The position numbers and the translations under genes are program-made. A DNA stretch of 63,713 nucleotides, filler included, from Choristocarpus tenellus KU-1152 (Eukaryota > Protista > Phaeophyceae): the NCBI GenBank assembly GCA_964200185.2. It is 11 parts of 11 records of this genome, joined end to end, with 100 filler letters (N's around TTAATTAATTAA, not from the genome) between each part and the next. Parts side by side here need not be neighbours in the genome. Positions count along the whole stretch, not along the records: positions 49,044 to 56,404 come from CAXNAD020006268.1; positions 56,505 to 59,932 come from CAXNAD020020100.1; positions 60,033 to 63,713 come from CAXNAD020018541.1; 8 more parts are not named here. One strand, written 5' to 3'. The notes under the pieces are model-generated. The model did no database searches, was not told the DNA's origin, and was given only the letters and a program-made list of their open reading frames with translations. The first letter of the stretch is position 1. Every line of letters starts with the position of its first letter. Below are positions 52,191 to 63,713 of the stretch, piece by piece.

Positions 52191-53800
52191 TGAGCTGCAG
52201 GCGCACTGGATCGTGCGCTTTGTTGTGGGATTCATTTCACGGCCACCTTGTAGGTCATCTAAGTTGAATGATCCCCTTTAGGTTGTGTGTGAACATGTAT
52301 TGTTTTTGTTTCACTAGTACTACTAATACATACTACAGGTGCATGCACATTGTGATTATTATTTGCACTTCCTCTTCTAGCGTTGTTTTGGCGGTCAATA
52401 GTATTACTACTTTATTCGTAGTAATATTCTCAATACTATTGTGTAATTGCAGAGTAGGAATGCAAAAGGGTTCAAACCTGCCTACCTCTGAGGTGGTTTG
52501 GCTCTGTACAACTAGTAGTAATGATATGAAGATCCACAGTAATGATATGTATTGAATATGAATAACATCAATGACATCAATAACAGTAATGCTACTGCTG
52601 TTGTTGTAGAAGAAGACGGAGAACAAGAAGTATAAATTAAGGAAATAGCGATGGCACTACTAGTAGCAGCAATACTACCAAGGGACTAATGTTTAGGGGA
52701 AGCACAATGCCAAAAAATTCTCTGCCAGCTGTGCTAGTATAATATAACAACAGGCACCCACCATACAGCAACAATAACAAGTAACATTTCCCCACCTAGA
52801 TCGGCACACTACACCCCTATGCTACCAAGTCCCAAATGCATGTATGCGGCTACAACAACAATCTAGATCAACTTACAGGGAAAATATTAGTAAATGATGC
52901 AGGACTGCAAATAGAAAAAATTTCACAATTTATGACACAACGGAGGAGGGGGGGGGGAATAGAGCGTTTTTCTGTAGTGTGGGGGTTTGAGTATCTCAAC
53001 TAAAAATGAATTATGAAAACAAAACGTCAACAACAGACATGCACCATAATCGACTCATTATCTCGAACATGTTGCCCGGGTAAAGTGCCCGCCACAACAC
53101 AAAAATGGGACCATAACAAATGAAAAAATGCTGGTCCAGGGAGGGGGAGGCTACAATCAGTGTAAGGAAAGGATTGCCATGAGGCAATAAAGTTACCTAC
53201 ACACATTCAATAAAGTCACCCCCAGTGTGTTGAAACTGGTGGAACTCTGAGTGAAGCTAGCACACACAGTACAGCAAGTAGAACAAGCCAGAGATTTAGG
53301 AAAGCCTGACGAGAAGCTGTAGATCGAAGGTCAAGGCTTCTCAAGCTTCAAGAACTGTAGCTCATTGCTGATTCAATCCACCATGTAAGCTTGAACTTTG
53401 TCCTCGACAAAGATGCAAGGTAGTATTCTCCGGCAAAAGATACAATGGCACCAAAACCGCACATTACATTACACCACATGAGACCAAAAAGCAGTCCATG
53501 TGGATGTCTAGTATTTCAATCGTTTGGTTCCCAGATGAGCATAGAACAAAGTTCACAACACCTTGCTCCCGAAGAGGGAAGATTCCTCATGTCTCTGTTA
53601 GAAAACAGGGCAACAATGACCGAGGCACAATAGACCCACAATAATATAACCACAAGTTAGGACAATGTATGTATCTACACACAGAAAGGGGTGCTAGTAG
53701 TACAATAATAAATTCAATTATGACCACAGGATGAGCTATGATTGGGGAATAAAAAATTCATCATGTTGACCCAACACCTGAAGGTCGCTTGGGGCGCTTT

Positions 53801-55544
53801 TCACGAATTTCTGTGTCGAAATGTTGGAGAATTCGGCCTCCTTACCCTTTCCTCGAACTCACACAGCTTTTCTACCTCACCCTCCACACTTACGTCCTCT
53901 TCCCCTTGATCATTCTCACTGTGCAACACATGACCCAAATCATCTTCATTTTCCCACCGTTTCACACACCGAGCTCGGATAGGTTGTCTCCTCCATCCCA
54001 ACTCCTGTACATAAATAGCACCACTATCATTGCCTCGTTTGCTCTCACGTGTTTTCCTACCACCCCCCCCAATCTGCATTCCACCACTACCTGTGTGCCT
54101 CCTTCTCCTGTCTCTTGTCGCCAATTGAACCTGTCGAGGTAGTTTGGAACGACCCCCTCGTTTCTTCATTCGTGCTGGCGATTGTTCATGGTCACTCTTG
54201 GTCTCATTGGCAGTGCAGCCACTCCCTTCTGTATCATTAGAGCTTTCCTCTGAGATTGAGGGCTGGGCTATACTATCTGCAATCTGTTTAAGCTCTTCCC
54301 TTTCCCTGTAAAAGATATGTATTGAAGGGTGGGGTGAGGGGGAAGGGATACAGCAAGGCAAGGCAGGGCAGATTCCAGTAACATAGGGCAAGAGCAGGAT
54401 AGAGATATCAACACAAACAAGCATACCTAACTACCACAGTGTGGTTGGAGATTGGAGAGTGAAAGTAGGGAAATACGCAGTGGAGGAGGAAATGGATGTA
54501 GAAATGTAGACTTCACACGAGTATCTACATGAATCCTGTCTTCAAGCAATTATTTTCAAGTTAATACTATTAATCGATAAGGGTCTTCAGTCTTGGAGTG
54601 ACAATACTTCAAAGCTTCCGGCGACTAAACAAAATCCAACTTCCACAAATCACATTGTCCCTCTTAAACTCACTCTACTATCGTACACGCAAAACACTTT
54701 ACCCCTGCAAGTTGAATACAGAATGTGAACAGCTCCTATCTTAACCCTTTGATCATGCAAAAATCGCGAATCAAAGATCATGATGCTTGTGAGAAAATAA
54801 AGCAACTAAGTACTGGTTAACTCTTGTACAAGAAGCGTTTTGCATCTATGTCCTAGCTCAACTCCTGACCCAAGAGTATACGTAGCAGGTATAAACCGCT
54901 GAAGTGTGTACAAAACCGGGAAAAAAAGTTTAGAACGACCCCTCCAATGGACTCAGTCAGAGGCAAAAACATCAAAGTCTACCCCTTCTCCTGCATCGAT
55001 TTACACAATCATATCGAAAGCTGATCTATGCACCGAAAATTGCGCCACCACTACTATCTTATCCGCAACAGAGCCATACACCAAAACATCCCCACCTTGA
55101 ACTTTCCAAACAATACACGAAAATATTTTTACTGCATGTGCCGTAGTCACCAGTTCCACCTCTGTCTCAATGTACCAACTAATAATACCGTACTATTCCA
55201 CTACCATAACTTCTCACAAATGTCACTCATCCCAAAGCCCCCATCATTCCCACCTCATCATCTGGTAAACAATATCAGACCCTTCGCGCTCTTCAGATGC
55301 TGAACGAATCTCTGCCTCTGTCATGAGCCCCTGATCATCCCTCAAACTTCCAGCTTCTACAGCTACAATAGGGCGGAAGCGCTGGGTATGCATCCCTTCT
55401 TCTGTAGTAGGAGTAGCAGAAGCAGTTTGTTTTTCCTGGGGCCGGGAGGAGGGACGGGGTGGGGAGGGATGATTGAAGGGTGCAAGGCATGAGGAGTTGG
55501 ACTTCGCATTTTGATTGGGTAGGAAACCCTGCACCAAGACCTTC
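53801..55544 (-). CDS. Hypothetical low-complexity protein, two probable exons
   Basis: Exons 55254-55544 and 53801-54305 join in phase 2 (MMR|EREEL) at GT-AG sites. No domain recognised; ends uncertain. Confidence 0.4.
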
Positions 55545-56336
55545 CTTGATGGTTGCAGACAAAATATTTTGAGGTGTTGAGACCAAATTTGAAGTATATA
55601 CACTATGTAGGACAGTGAAGTGTAATATTTTTTGTAGGTGCTTGAAATATGCAATTCACACCATCTATCCTCTTTTTGTTGATATTTCTTTCTCCCTTGA
55701 TGAGGCACAGGGTATCAAGGGGGGTTGCATTCAGGGGTGGTCCTTTGGGTGGGGGGGAGGAGGAGAAGGCGGGAGTGTCAGGCCAAGGTATGAGAAGAAA
55801 AACATAGAAGTTTCTACCTGAGGAGGAGATGAGGTTTTCCCACGGCAAGGAGGAGTCATGTGAAGAGCATAACATTGATCCTCTATCTCTGAGGTACATG
55901 GCAAAACATAGAGAAGTCAAAGCATGCTAGAGGTTCGTGAACTTTGGTCCTCTTTGTTGATCCTCTTGATGTTAGGAAGGAAAGAAAATGTGATGTCTAA
56001 CACCCCGTTTTCATGCCCCAAAAATTGCAGATAACCCCTCTACCAAAAGCTAATAGATGTAAAAGAATATACCCTGTGGATAGATATGTTGTCACTTGAT
56101 TTGATGCAATACAAGGAGGTACACATGCAAGGCAGAAAACAGTCACACAGACCCCTTCACAACAACAGCACCCCCTCCAAGGATACCCTCACTCAAACCA
56201 TCAGTATCGATATGTGCTTCCTCCTTGCTCACTGTCAGAATCGAGTCTACAACTACAACCCCAAGACTTCTACCTACCCTGGGAAGACCCTACGGTATAC
56301 TTGTGACAGAGACCCCACCAAACACACCTTCGTCTG

Positions 56337-56404
56337 GGGTCAAAGTATCTGGGGGGGGGGGGGGGGTGGTGGGCGCGTGCGCTGCCAAGCAAGCAAACTT
56401 TCTT
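56337..56404 (+). mobile_element. Partial MITE terminus at contig end
   Basis: GGGTCAAAGTATCT followed by a poly-G run. Confidence 0.65.
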
Positions 56405-59400
56405 NNNNNNNNNNNNNNNNNNNNNNNNNNNNNNNNNNNNNNNNNNNNTTAATTAATTAANNNNNNNNNNNNNNNNNNNNNNNNNNNNNNNNNNNNNNNN
56501 NNNNATTCAAAAAGAGGCCCTTAAAAAGTGCCGCGATTTTTATTTTTTTTTTTATCGGCACTTTTTCCGCACCATTTTCGGTCAAAACCATCCTCAATTA
56601 TTAAAATCCACTGTTACTTGAACAAAATGCCGAAATTTGCACATATTTGTCAGAATTAGTATGTAGTTTTGGGTACCTCTCGGTTACTTTAACTCATCAA
56701 AAAAGAGAAAAACGGGTTGGATGGTGGATTTGAAAGGACCTGGTCAGGTTCCCTTCCCAATACAATATAGTAATATTCATCTTAGTTGCTATGGTCCCTG
56801 TAGACGAAAAGGAGTGGATATTCATTTGCAACTATCATAATACACTTACCTGCCCTTTTTTCTGCTGTATTGTATGCATGCGCCACTACTGTCCTATGTG
56901 AAATTGTAAAATAAATAGCGATGTGTGTACAAGATGTTTGTACCTGTGCATATGTTCTATGCATTGATACATGCAGGAGATATCCAATGTTATTTTTCTT
57001 TTGCATGGTGTGTATATGGGTGTCCCATATACGTACATACTACTGCTTACGCTACCACTTCTACTACACACATTCATCCATTTGTCATCAGTGATCAGTC
57101 ATTTTCATATTGAGGAGTCCTTGACCTGACCTCTTCTCTCATTCCTCCAACACGATATGTTACTGTGACCTTTGATGTTTTGCAGATTTTTCAGGGGAAA
57201 GGCTAAGCCAAATCACAAGGACCACTGAAATATAACAGTTGTCGTTAAAGGCAAAAGATACATGCATCCAAAAAATATTTGGATACCAGCTCTCGTAGTG
57301 AGTGCGCTTTCACACCTCGGCTGCAGCGGCAGCTGCAGCATTGCTGGTGCATGAATGGGTCAGATGGGAGGCTGCTTGTACTTCTGCGAACACAACATCC
57401 AGAAGGAGGATTTTGTCTCTGTAGGGAGCTGAGGCAGCATCCACAAATGCCCCAGCATGCAACACCACATTGATGCACAAATTTCGGTACACTGCAAATG
57501 GGCTACCATCCTCCTTAAGTGTAAGAGATACCCATTCTCTTGCACAGTTGGCCTAGACATTTAACCATTGGCATGTGATGATGCACCTGTCCTCCTTCCC
57601 TAGGGCAGTTACAAGCATATCAGGTGTTGACCTTATGCCTCCTGCACCCTGCTACTGGGCATATGTTGGATAGGGCTTCCTCTCTCCCTAGAGACCTGCC
57701 AGCAGTGACTCCAAACTCTACAGCAGGGATCTGGCATACTGGTTCCATGCATTTGCCCCTTGCTCACACTGGCTCCAGTGGCGAGCCAGGACCAGCAAAG
57801 AACTTTCCCTCCCTTGTTCTACATTATCTGGGAGATTGACCAGGTGCATCCAGAATGAGTCAATCCGAATCTTGTTCAGGAGGCAGGTGGCTAGCTCTCT
57901 TCATCCTCTTCCCGCATCTTCAGCTTCAACTTATTCATCTGGGTATATTTTGCAGCTTCACTCAAAAGTAGCAACTCAGTCTTTTTCTTCTTCCCATTTC
58001 ATGCATTCGGTCCCTTGCCCCCAATTGCAATATCCCCGTAAGGAATCACTAGTATCTCATGACCAGCTTTAAACTTTATTATCTTAGACCATGACACAGT
58101 TCCCAGGTACCACATCAGATGGAGACTATTCCCACCCAGGTAGATCAATCCCCAAACCGATCCCCCATCTTCTACGCACCACCTTGCAACCAATAGCCCC
58201 CCCCTGGACAAAAGGTATACCTGCGGATTGCAAGGATTCTATTCTTCGCTTCTCCTTAATATAGACTGTCACAAACTCTGATTTTGTATCTGCGTGCAGG
58301 ATCACACAAACCTCATGAACGGCCTTGAACGGTGGAAAACCCCCACATAGCTCAGATTTTGAGGTTCCAGGTACCACACATAGGATATTACGTTGCTTCA
58401 TTACACTTCATTAGCCCAAGTTTATCGCACACTCGATTTGACAAACCAAAAAAAGACGGCTTAAGTTCTAAGTGCCACTACTGTGCAACCACTGGGATGC
58501 ACTTAAGACCTTAGCCTGGCACACTTTGGTACACAACTTCAATTTCTTCAACTCCTTCTCAAGTACACAATCCTCAAGTTGTTGCGCCATGGTTGGGATT
58601 ATAAGGAACAGGAGAACAAACAGGTTAGCTTCCGACCCCGATGCTACACAGCACATATATTATACATTTTATTTTCCCTCCAAGAGCTTTGGGCAGGAGA
58701 AGCATGTACCCCTCCTCCTCTGTTGATCTTTATACAGAAAGCATGCATGATTGTGGATTATTTTGGGGGTGACTATACAACCTGGCACGCTCACAACCTG
58801 GAATTCGTGCGTATCCTGACCCGTGTTGCGCTCCTAGACTACCGGGTCCTGATTCAATACCATCCTTCTGTACCAACAACCCCATGTCCCTGAACCTTTA
58901 AGCCTCTACTCCGAGCACCTTCCCCATCACCTTCACTCAATCACCAGCTTCATCTCACTTTCCTTGGGTTCACGTACCAAATCATCATCTTTAACGATCG
59001 TTGAGGACCACTTACTCTGGTCGGCAGGTTGGCTTGTAACTTGTGGCTGGAGCCTGTACCTGTTCACCAAACCTTCTGTCGAGAGCGTGTTAGATCAAAG
59101 TGATGGTGTGTATTAGTGGAAAAGTAGAAATGAGGAATTCCTACATACTTAAATCAACAAGACCTTTGTTCTGACTTGGTAGATACTCTATTCAACTCTC
59201 CTTCCTACTTTCTTTCTTGTTTCCACCTTCTATACATCTTCCTACTTCGAAATATTTCTTTCCTTTAATAGGAAATTTCTGTAACGTATTTTTTTCTCTT
59301 CTTCTGTTCTCCTTGATCTGCTTCTTGTATCCCTCTATAATATAGTGTATAGCCTTTCCTACTCTTTGTGCTTTTTTTTGTAGGTGTAGGCTTGTTGTAG

Positions 59401-60032
59401 TTGTTAGGGGAGAGTACTGAAAGATATGCAATTATTATTGGTATATAGTCTACTGAAAATGATCACCTTGACAACTGCAGTCTTCCTTTTTCATACAAAA
59501 AGTTACTAGTCAAGATTTATAGAATTTTTCTTCTGGAGTTTTCAAATCGAACAAATTATATATTTTAAAGTTCCAAGTCCGCACAAGATAAGTTTTGTTT
59601 TACGCCAAATTTGAGCGAATGATTCACTCTGACTAAACGCATTGAAACCAGAATAAATCTGGTGCAGTTTGATTAATCCTATGAAAGGCATAGGAAGGCA
59701 ATGGTACAATGTAGATAGTAGTGAAATAACAAATAGGTTAAGTGTTTTTGACATTTGAGACAAGATTTACTTCCTTAGGGTTACACTGACATCTGAATAG
59801 TTTAAATTAGTCTTTCCCTTGACACATATACAAAGTATTTTTTATTACAATATCAGGAAAGCCAAATTGTTTCGGTGACTACGCAAGTAGCATTATCTCG
59901 ACGAGTCATGCCTTTTAAGCTAGAGTCACCAGNNNNNNNNNNNNNNNNNNNNNNNNNNNNNNNNNNNNNNNNNNNNTTAATTAATTAANNNNNNNNNNNN
60001 NNNNNNNNNNNNNNNNNNNNNNNNNNNNNNNN

Positions 60033-60114
60033 GATAATGTAGATGATTTTTTCCTTATTTTTGTCCAAATGGACACTCTGGTGTAGACCCCCCCCCCCCC
60101 AGATACTTAGGGTC
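60033..60114 (-). mobile_element. Partial short-type MITE at contig start
   Basis: CCAAATGGACACTCTGGTGTAGACCCCC...AGATACTTAGGGTC. Confidence 0.85.
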
Positions 60115-61074
60115 AACTACGTTCATTTGCTCGCCTACTTGTACCCATTCCTGGGCCCGAGTGATGCTGTTGTGGGTTTGAAGCTCACCAGACTTCATCT
60201 GGAGGTTGTCCAATGGTTTTACCAACCCAGGTTCAGTGTTTTTACCTCACCCTCGATATCTGCACTGTGTGGCGTTTTGCCAAGAAGTTTCTGCCTTAGC
60301 CTTCAGACCAAATGACATGACGGTGTCTTGAGTCACTGGCAGACCAGCTCTCCTGTGACCGCCTCCACTAAGCCCGTGGCCATGCTATACACGTGATCCC
60401 AGCAAGAGGAACACAAACGCGTTCAGCAATTAGTTAGTTGCAATAGTGAGCCAAACCAATCGAGAGGTAGGGATATTTGGAACATTTCGCATTATTCTAA
60501 GCTATCTCTATTTCCCTCTGCAATGCACTGGGTTTGATGTTTCTTTATATGCACAGCAGTGCACACAAACCGGACATTCTTACTTTCCACATACAAATTG
60601 ACACCACAATTCACAGAAAAAAAAATCTGCAATTGTTCAAAATGGTGTCTTCTTGCCCTTTGTGGGGATCCTTATAATGCAACCTTACCTTTCTCTTAAT
60701 TGGTTTGTCTCGGTAATCTACATCTTAACTTAGGGCATAGTAGCAGTTGGACAACAGTTGGACGGCACACTTTAGTAGAAGTGAAGACAGCAGTATCACA
60801 ATGCACACATAGCAGGTATATTAGTTTATCCCTGGGTGCTGTGGTTTCCTAACCACCTTCTCATCACTATTTTTCACTCCCAAAGAACCGCTTGTGAAGC
60901 TCTTTATACGTCGTCAAGGAATGTCTGCCCCAAAATAACCCAAACATGCCTTTTTGGAATATGTTTGAGAATGGTATTTGACCCTAAAGCCAAAATGAAA
61001 TGTATTATTCAGGACCTTTCATCCAGTGTGGGAGATAGCATGTTACTGTCAGTATATTTGGCTACAGGCTGGTT

Positions 61075-61500
61075 ACCGGATCAGCCATGTTGAAACAGTT
61101 GGTGGCCATGGACTCAGCCATTTTCCAAACTGGTTTTACATACACGGGTGGCAGACCCAGTCATGTTGAGAAGATCGATGTCCATGGAGTGGGTAATGTT
61201 CCAACTTGGTTGTGTATGGGCTATGACAACCCCAGTGATGTTGCGTGGTGATGGTCATCGACTTGGCCATGTTAGAACGTTGAATCTATGGCAGACCAGT
61301 TAATACGTTTTTTTGCACTAGGGGCCGTCACGTCATAGTCATGTCTTATTATGTACCATGAACCTTACTTGTGTCTTGCATCATCCCATTGATATTTCTA
61401 TATTATTTTCTATTCAACTTTTTTAGAGACCATCGGTATTAAGAATTATAATTGAATACAAATACATCATCGTGTGTTTGGCGCTTGGGTGACTAAGGGA
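61075..61500 (+). repeat. Relative of the 7492-8174 hAT MITE with three ~75-bp subrepeats
   Basis: CAGCCATGTTGAAAC...GGCCATGGACTC units and a shared downstream AT-rich tract; a further fragment lies at about 62735-62800. Confidence 0.7.
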
Positions 61501-62979
61501 ATTCGTGAATTAAACATGTATTCCGATAATATACGCGATGTATTGTGTTTTCACATTCGTCAATGAATAAATTGTAAATAGTAAAACAAATAAAATAATC
61601 CATATATTCCTCCCTCCATTATATGTTCATGATTCTAGACGAAGAGAGTCTGCACATGAATTGGAAGAGTACACATGCTGCACAAATCAGATCCAAATTG
61701 TAGCGTACGAATCAATTCCCGACAATCAATGGCCGTTCCTATGACTAAATCTGAGTTATGCACGTTGGGACACATTCTCAAAGTCAAAGTATTAGGAGTT
61801 TTATTTTTGTGGGTGCGAATCAGTTTACTCATTCACATTTCTCAGAGTAGTGTGGGACAGATCTTCCCACAACAAAGATGAAATGTTGATAGATCAACAC
61901 ATTGTGACAAGGGTAAATTCTTTTGAAGGGATTCACACCAATACATTTGTACAGGGGAACCGTTGGTACATCTTTTGAGGATAGGAGAGGGGTACGTGCA
62001 ATAATTATATATGTTTCATAGACGGGTGAGTGGTACGACTATTCCTTGTATACGTTTTTTTATTATTATTGTGCCTTATGATAACCACCTTCTTGCCAAG
62101 GTATACCTTCAAAGGGTCCTTCCTGTAGAAGGTATACCTCTAGGTCTATTTCCTCATATCTCATCAGCATTGCTTCCTGATGATATCAACATCGGGTTGT
62201 TGAGTGGAGCTTGCAAGCCCCCTCATTCGCTTTCCCTGCTCTCTCCTCCCTCAGTGACCTTCTGAGGAGTTGCTCACCCTCCTGCCTTGTTGCTCTCCAT
62301 TCCCTTCCTCCTGTGGGTCTTCCCGGTCCCCTTCAGTCTGAAAAACCTGTCTGCCTGTTTCCATCTGTTTCACTCTTCTTGACACTGTTGATATGTCAAG
62401 AGAAAAGCGGAACCAATGTCACAACGACCCCTGTAAAAGTAACAGTTGTCGTAAATGAGAGAGATACCTCTCCAATGTCTTTTCACAATTTGAATACTAG
62501 GTATTCTACAACACTCCCTTAAAGAAGGTGACTACAATGCCTCTAACTCGCCTTAGCTCTACACGTTTTCGTACATGGGGGAATAGTACGGCAAATATTT
62601 ACACACGTTTCGCAGAGGATGAGTCGTAGTGAAAACATATTTTGTACACTTTTTAACATAGATTCTTCAACAAGACGGCCAGTTAGTGTGTCTACTGTTG
62701 ACCATATGGACATGGGCTTGTCCAAGGCACGGCTATGTGGAAACGGTCGATGGTCATGGACTCGGCCATGATAGAACATTTTATGTATGGCCAGTCAAGT
62801 AGTATTCCTAATTCACTCTGCTTGAAGCTTGTTTCCTGTACTAGTACTGTGAGTTCTCAAAATTCAAAATATATTCAACATAATGAATTATCTTATCCCC
62901 TGACACATCTGGTAAATATCAGATGGTATAATAATATATAATAATTCTGTATCGTGAGGCAAGGTCCAATCAGTCATGA

Positions 62980-63029
62980 TGGCTCTGATAAAGCTGAGGT
63001 CCGGGTTTGAGGCCCCGACGTGAGTACCA
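62980..63029 (+). other. tRNA-like 3' half (GAT anticodon loop, T-arm, CCA), probably SINE-related
   Basis: TGGCT-CTGATAA-AGCTG, AGGTC, CGGG-TTTGAGGC-CCCG, ...ACCA. No D-arm or 5' acceptor strand. Confidence 0.4.
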
Positions 63030-63713
63030 CTGTCATGAGGCAGGGTTCAATCAGTCGTGGGGGGTGTTCAGAATCGCCACTTGTGTCACAGTGGGGTGCA
63101 TTCAGCAAACCCAAAGCTCTCTCAGCCATTAAATCTTAGGAGAAGTTTGAAGGGAATCTCAGATCCGGTGGTGGGTGACGTTATATCCTTGTGACCGTGA
63201 ACAGCAAGTGGTCTGAGAACTCTTAAGACTTCTCTGTGTTTGATGTTGATGGGAACATCACCAATGACAAAGAAATGTACGCGCGATGTGTTAAAGAATG
63301 TGTAGAACCCCAAGTCTTGGTATTGATATATGTAGATTAATTCCTTCTCAGTTATGTTGTAGGAGGTACAAAGTTGGAGTAAGATACATCGTTCAAGAAA
63401 GGGGGGTGATAAACCTTTCACTGATCACTGATCACTAATAACTCCTCAATCAATCTGTGTTACTTGCTATGTTGCTTGCTACAACATTCCTTTTCTAGGA
63501 TTCTTCTCTTGTTGTACTAAAATAACCCGGACAATATTTTCGTAGTCACCTGACAGAGACATCTGCATACCAATTGAACAATTCCTTTAGACAAACCCTT
63601 GGTAAAAAGATCTGCATGTTGGAATTTCGTGGGTACATATCCAATCTTCACTTTCCTTTCCCTCTCTAGTTGTCGTACATAGTGGGACCTAATGTCTATA
63701 TGCTTAGTTCTAC

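Noticed and set aside
59865-59932. Minus-strand CTGGTGA...GAAAC as a hammerhead ribozyme core
   Set aside because: Core deviates from CUGANGA, stem II does not close correctly, and the rest is lost in the linker.
63122-63421. 99-aa minus ORF and plus-strand LIYVD as a copia RT motif
   Set aside because: No other RT motif in order and many stops; insufficient support.

Overview
Eukaryotic, intron-rich, transposon-dense DNA. A brown alga or related stramenopile is the likely source, inferred only from gene content and intron style. The window is not one continuous locus: it is 11 contigs joined by ten identical artificial 100-nt linkers (N44-TTAATTAATTAA-N44). Host genes: an 11-exon, 5'-truncated PRP4 (U4/U6 snRNP WD40 protein, minus strand), a head-to-head pair of a Rab5-subfamily (Rab22/31-like) GTPase and an ABC1/ADCK1 atypical kinase (both truncated at contig ends), four phase-1 exons that each encode one GGA(I/V)...FxxN beta-helix repeat, a ParB/Srx-like ORF at the window start, and two hypothetical spliced genes. 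Mobile DNA: six decayed plant-type mariner copies, Ty3/gypsy, Ty1/copia and RTE-LINE remnants, a solo LTR, a hAT MITE, a 1.9-kb TIR element with an unassigned ORF present twice, and an abundant MITE family with 4-bp TSDs (Sola-like) that sits at many contig breaks. No CRISPR array, rRNA or intact tRNA is supported. The best leads are the one-repeat-per-exon array, the 4-bp-TSD MITE family, the ParB-like ORF and the unassigned TIR element.
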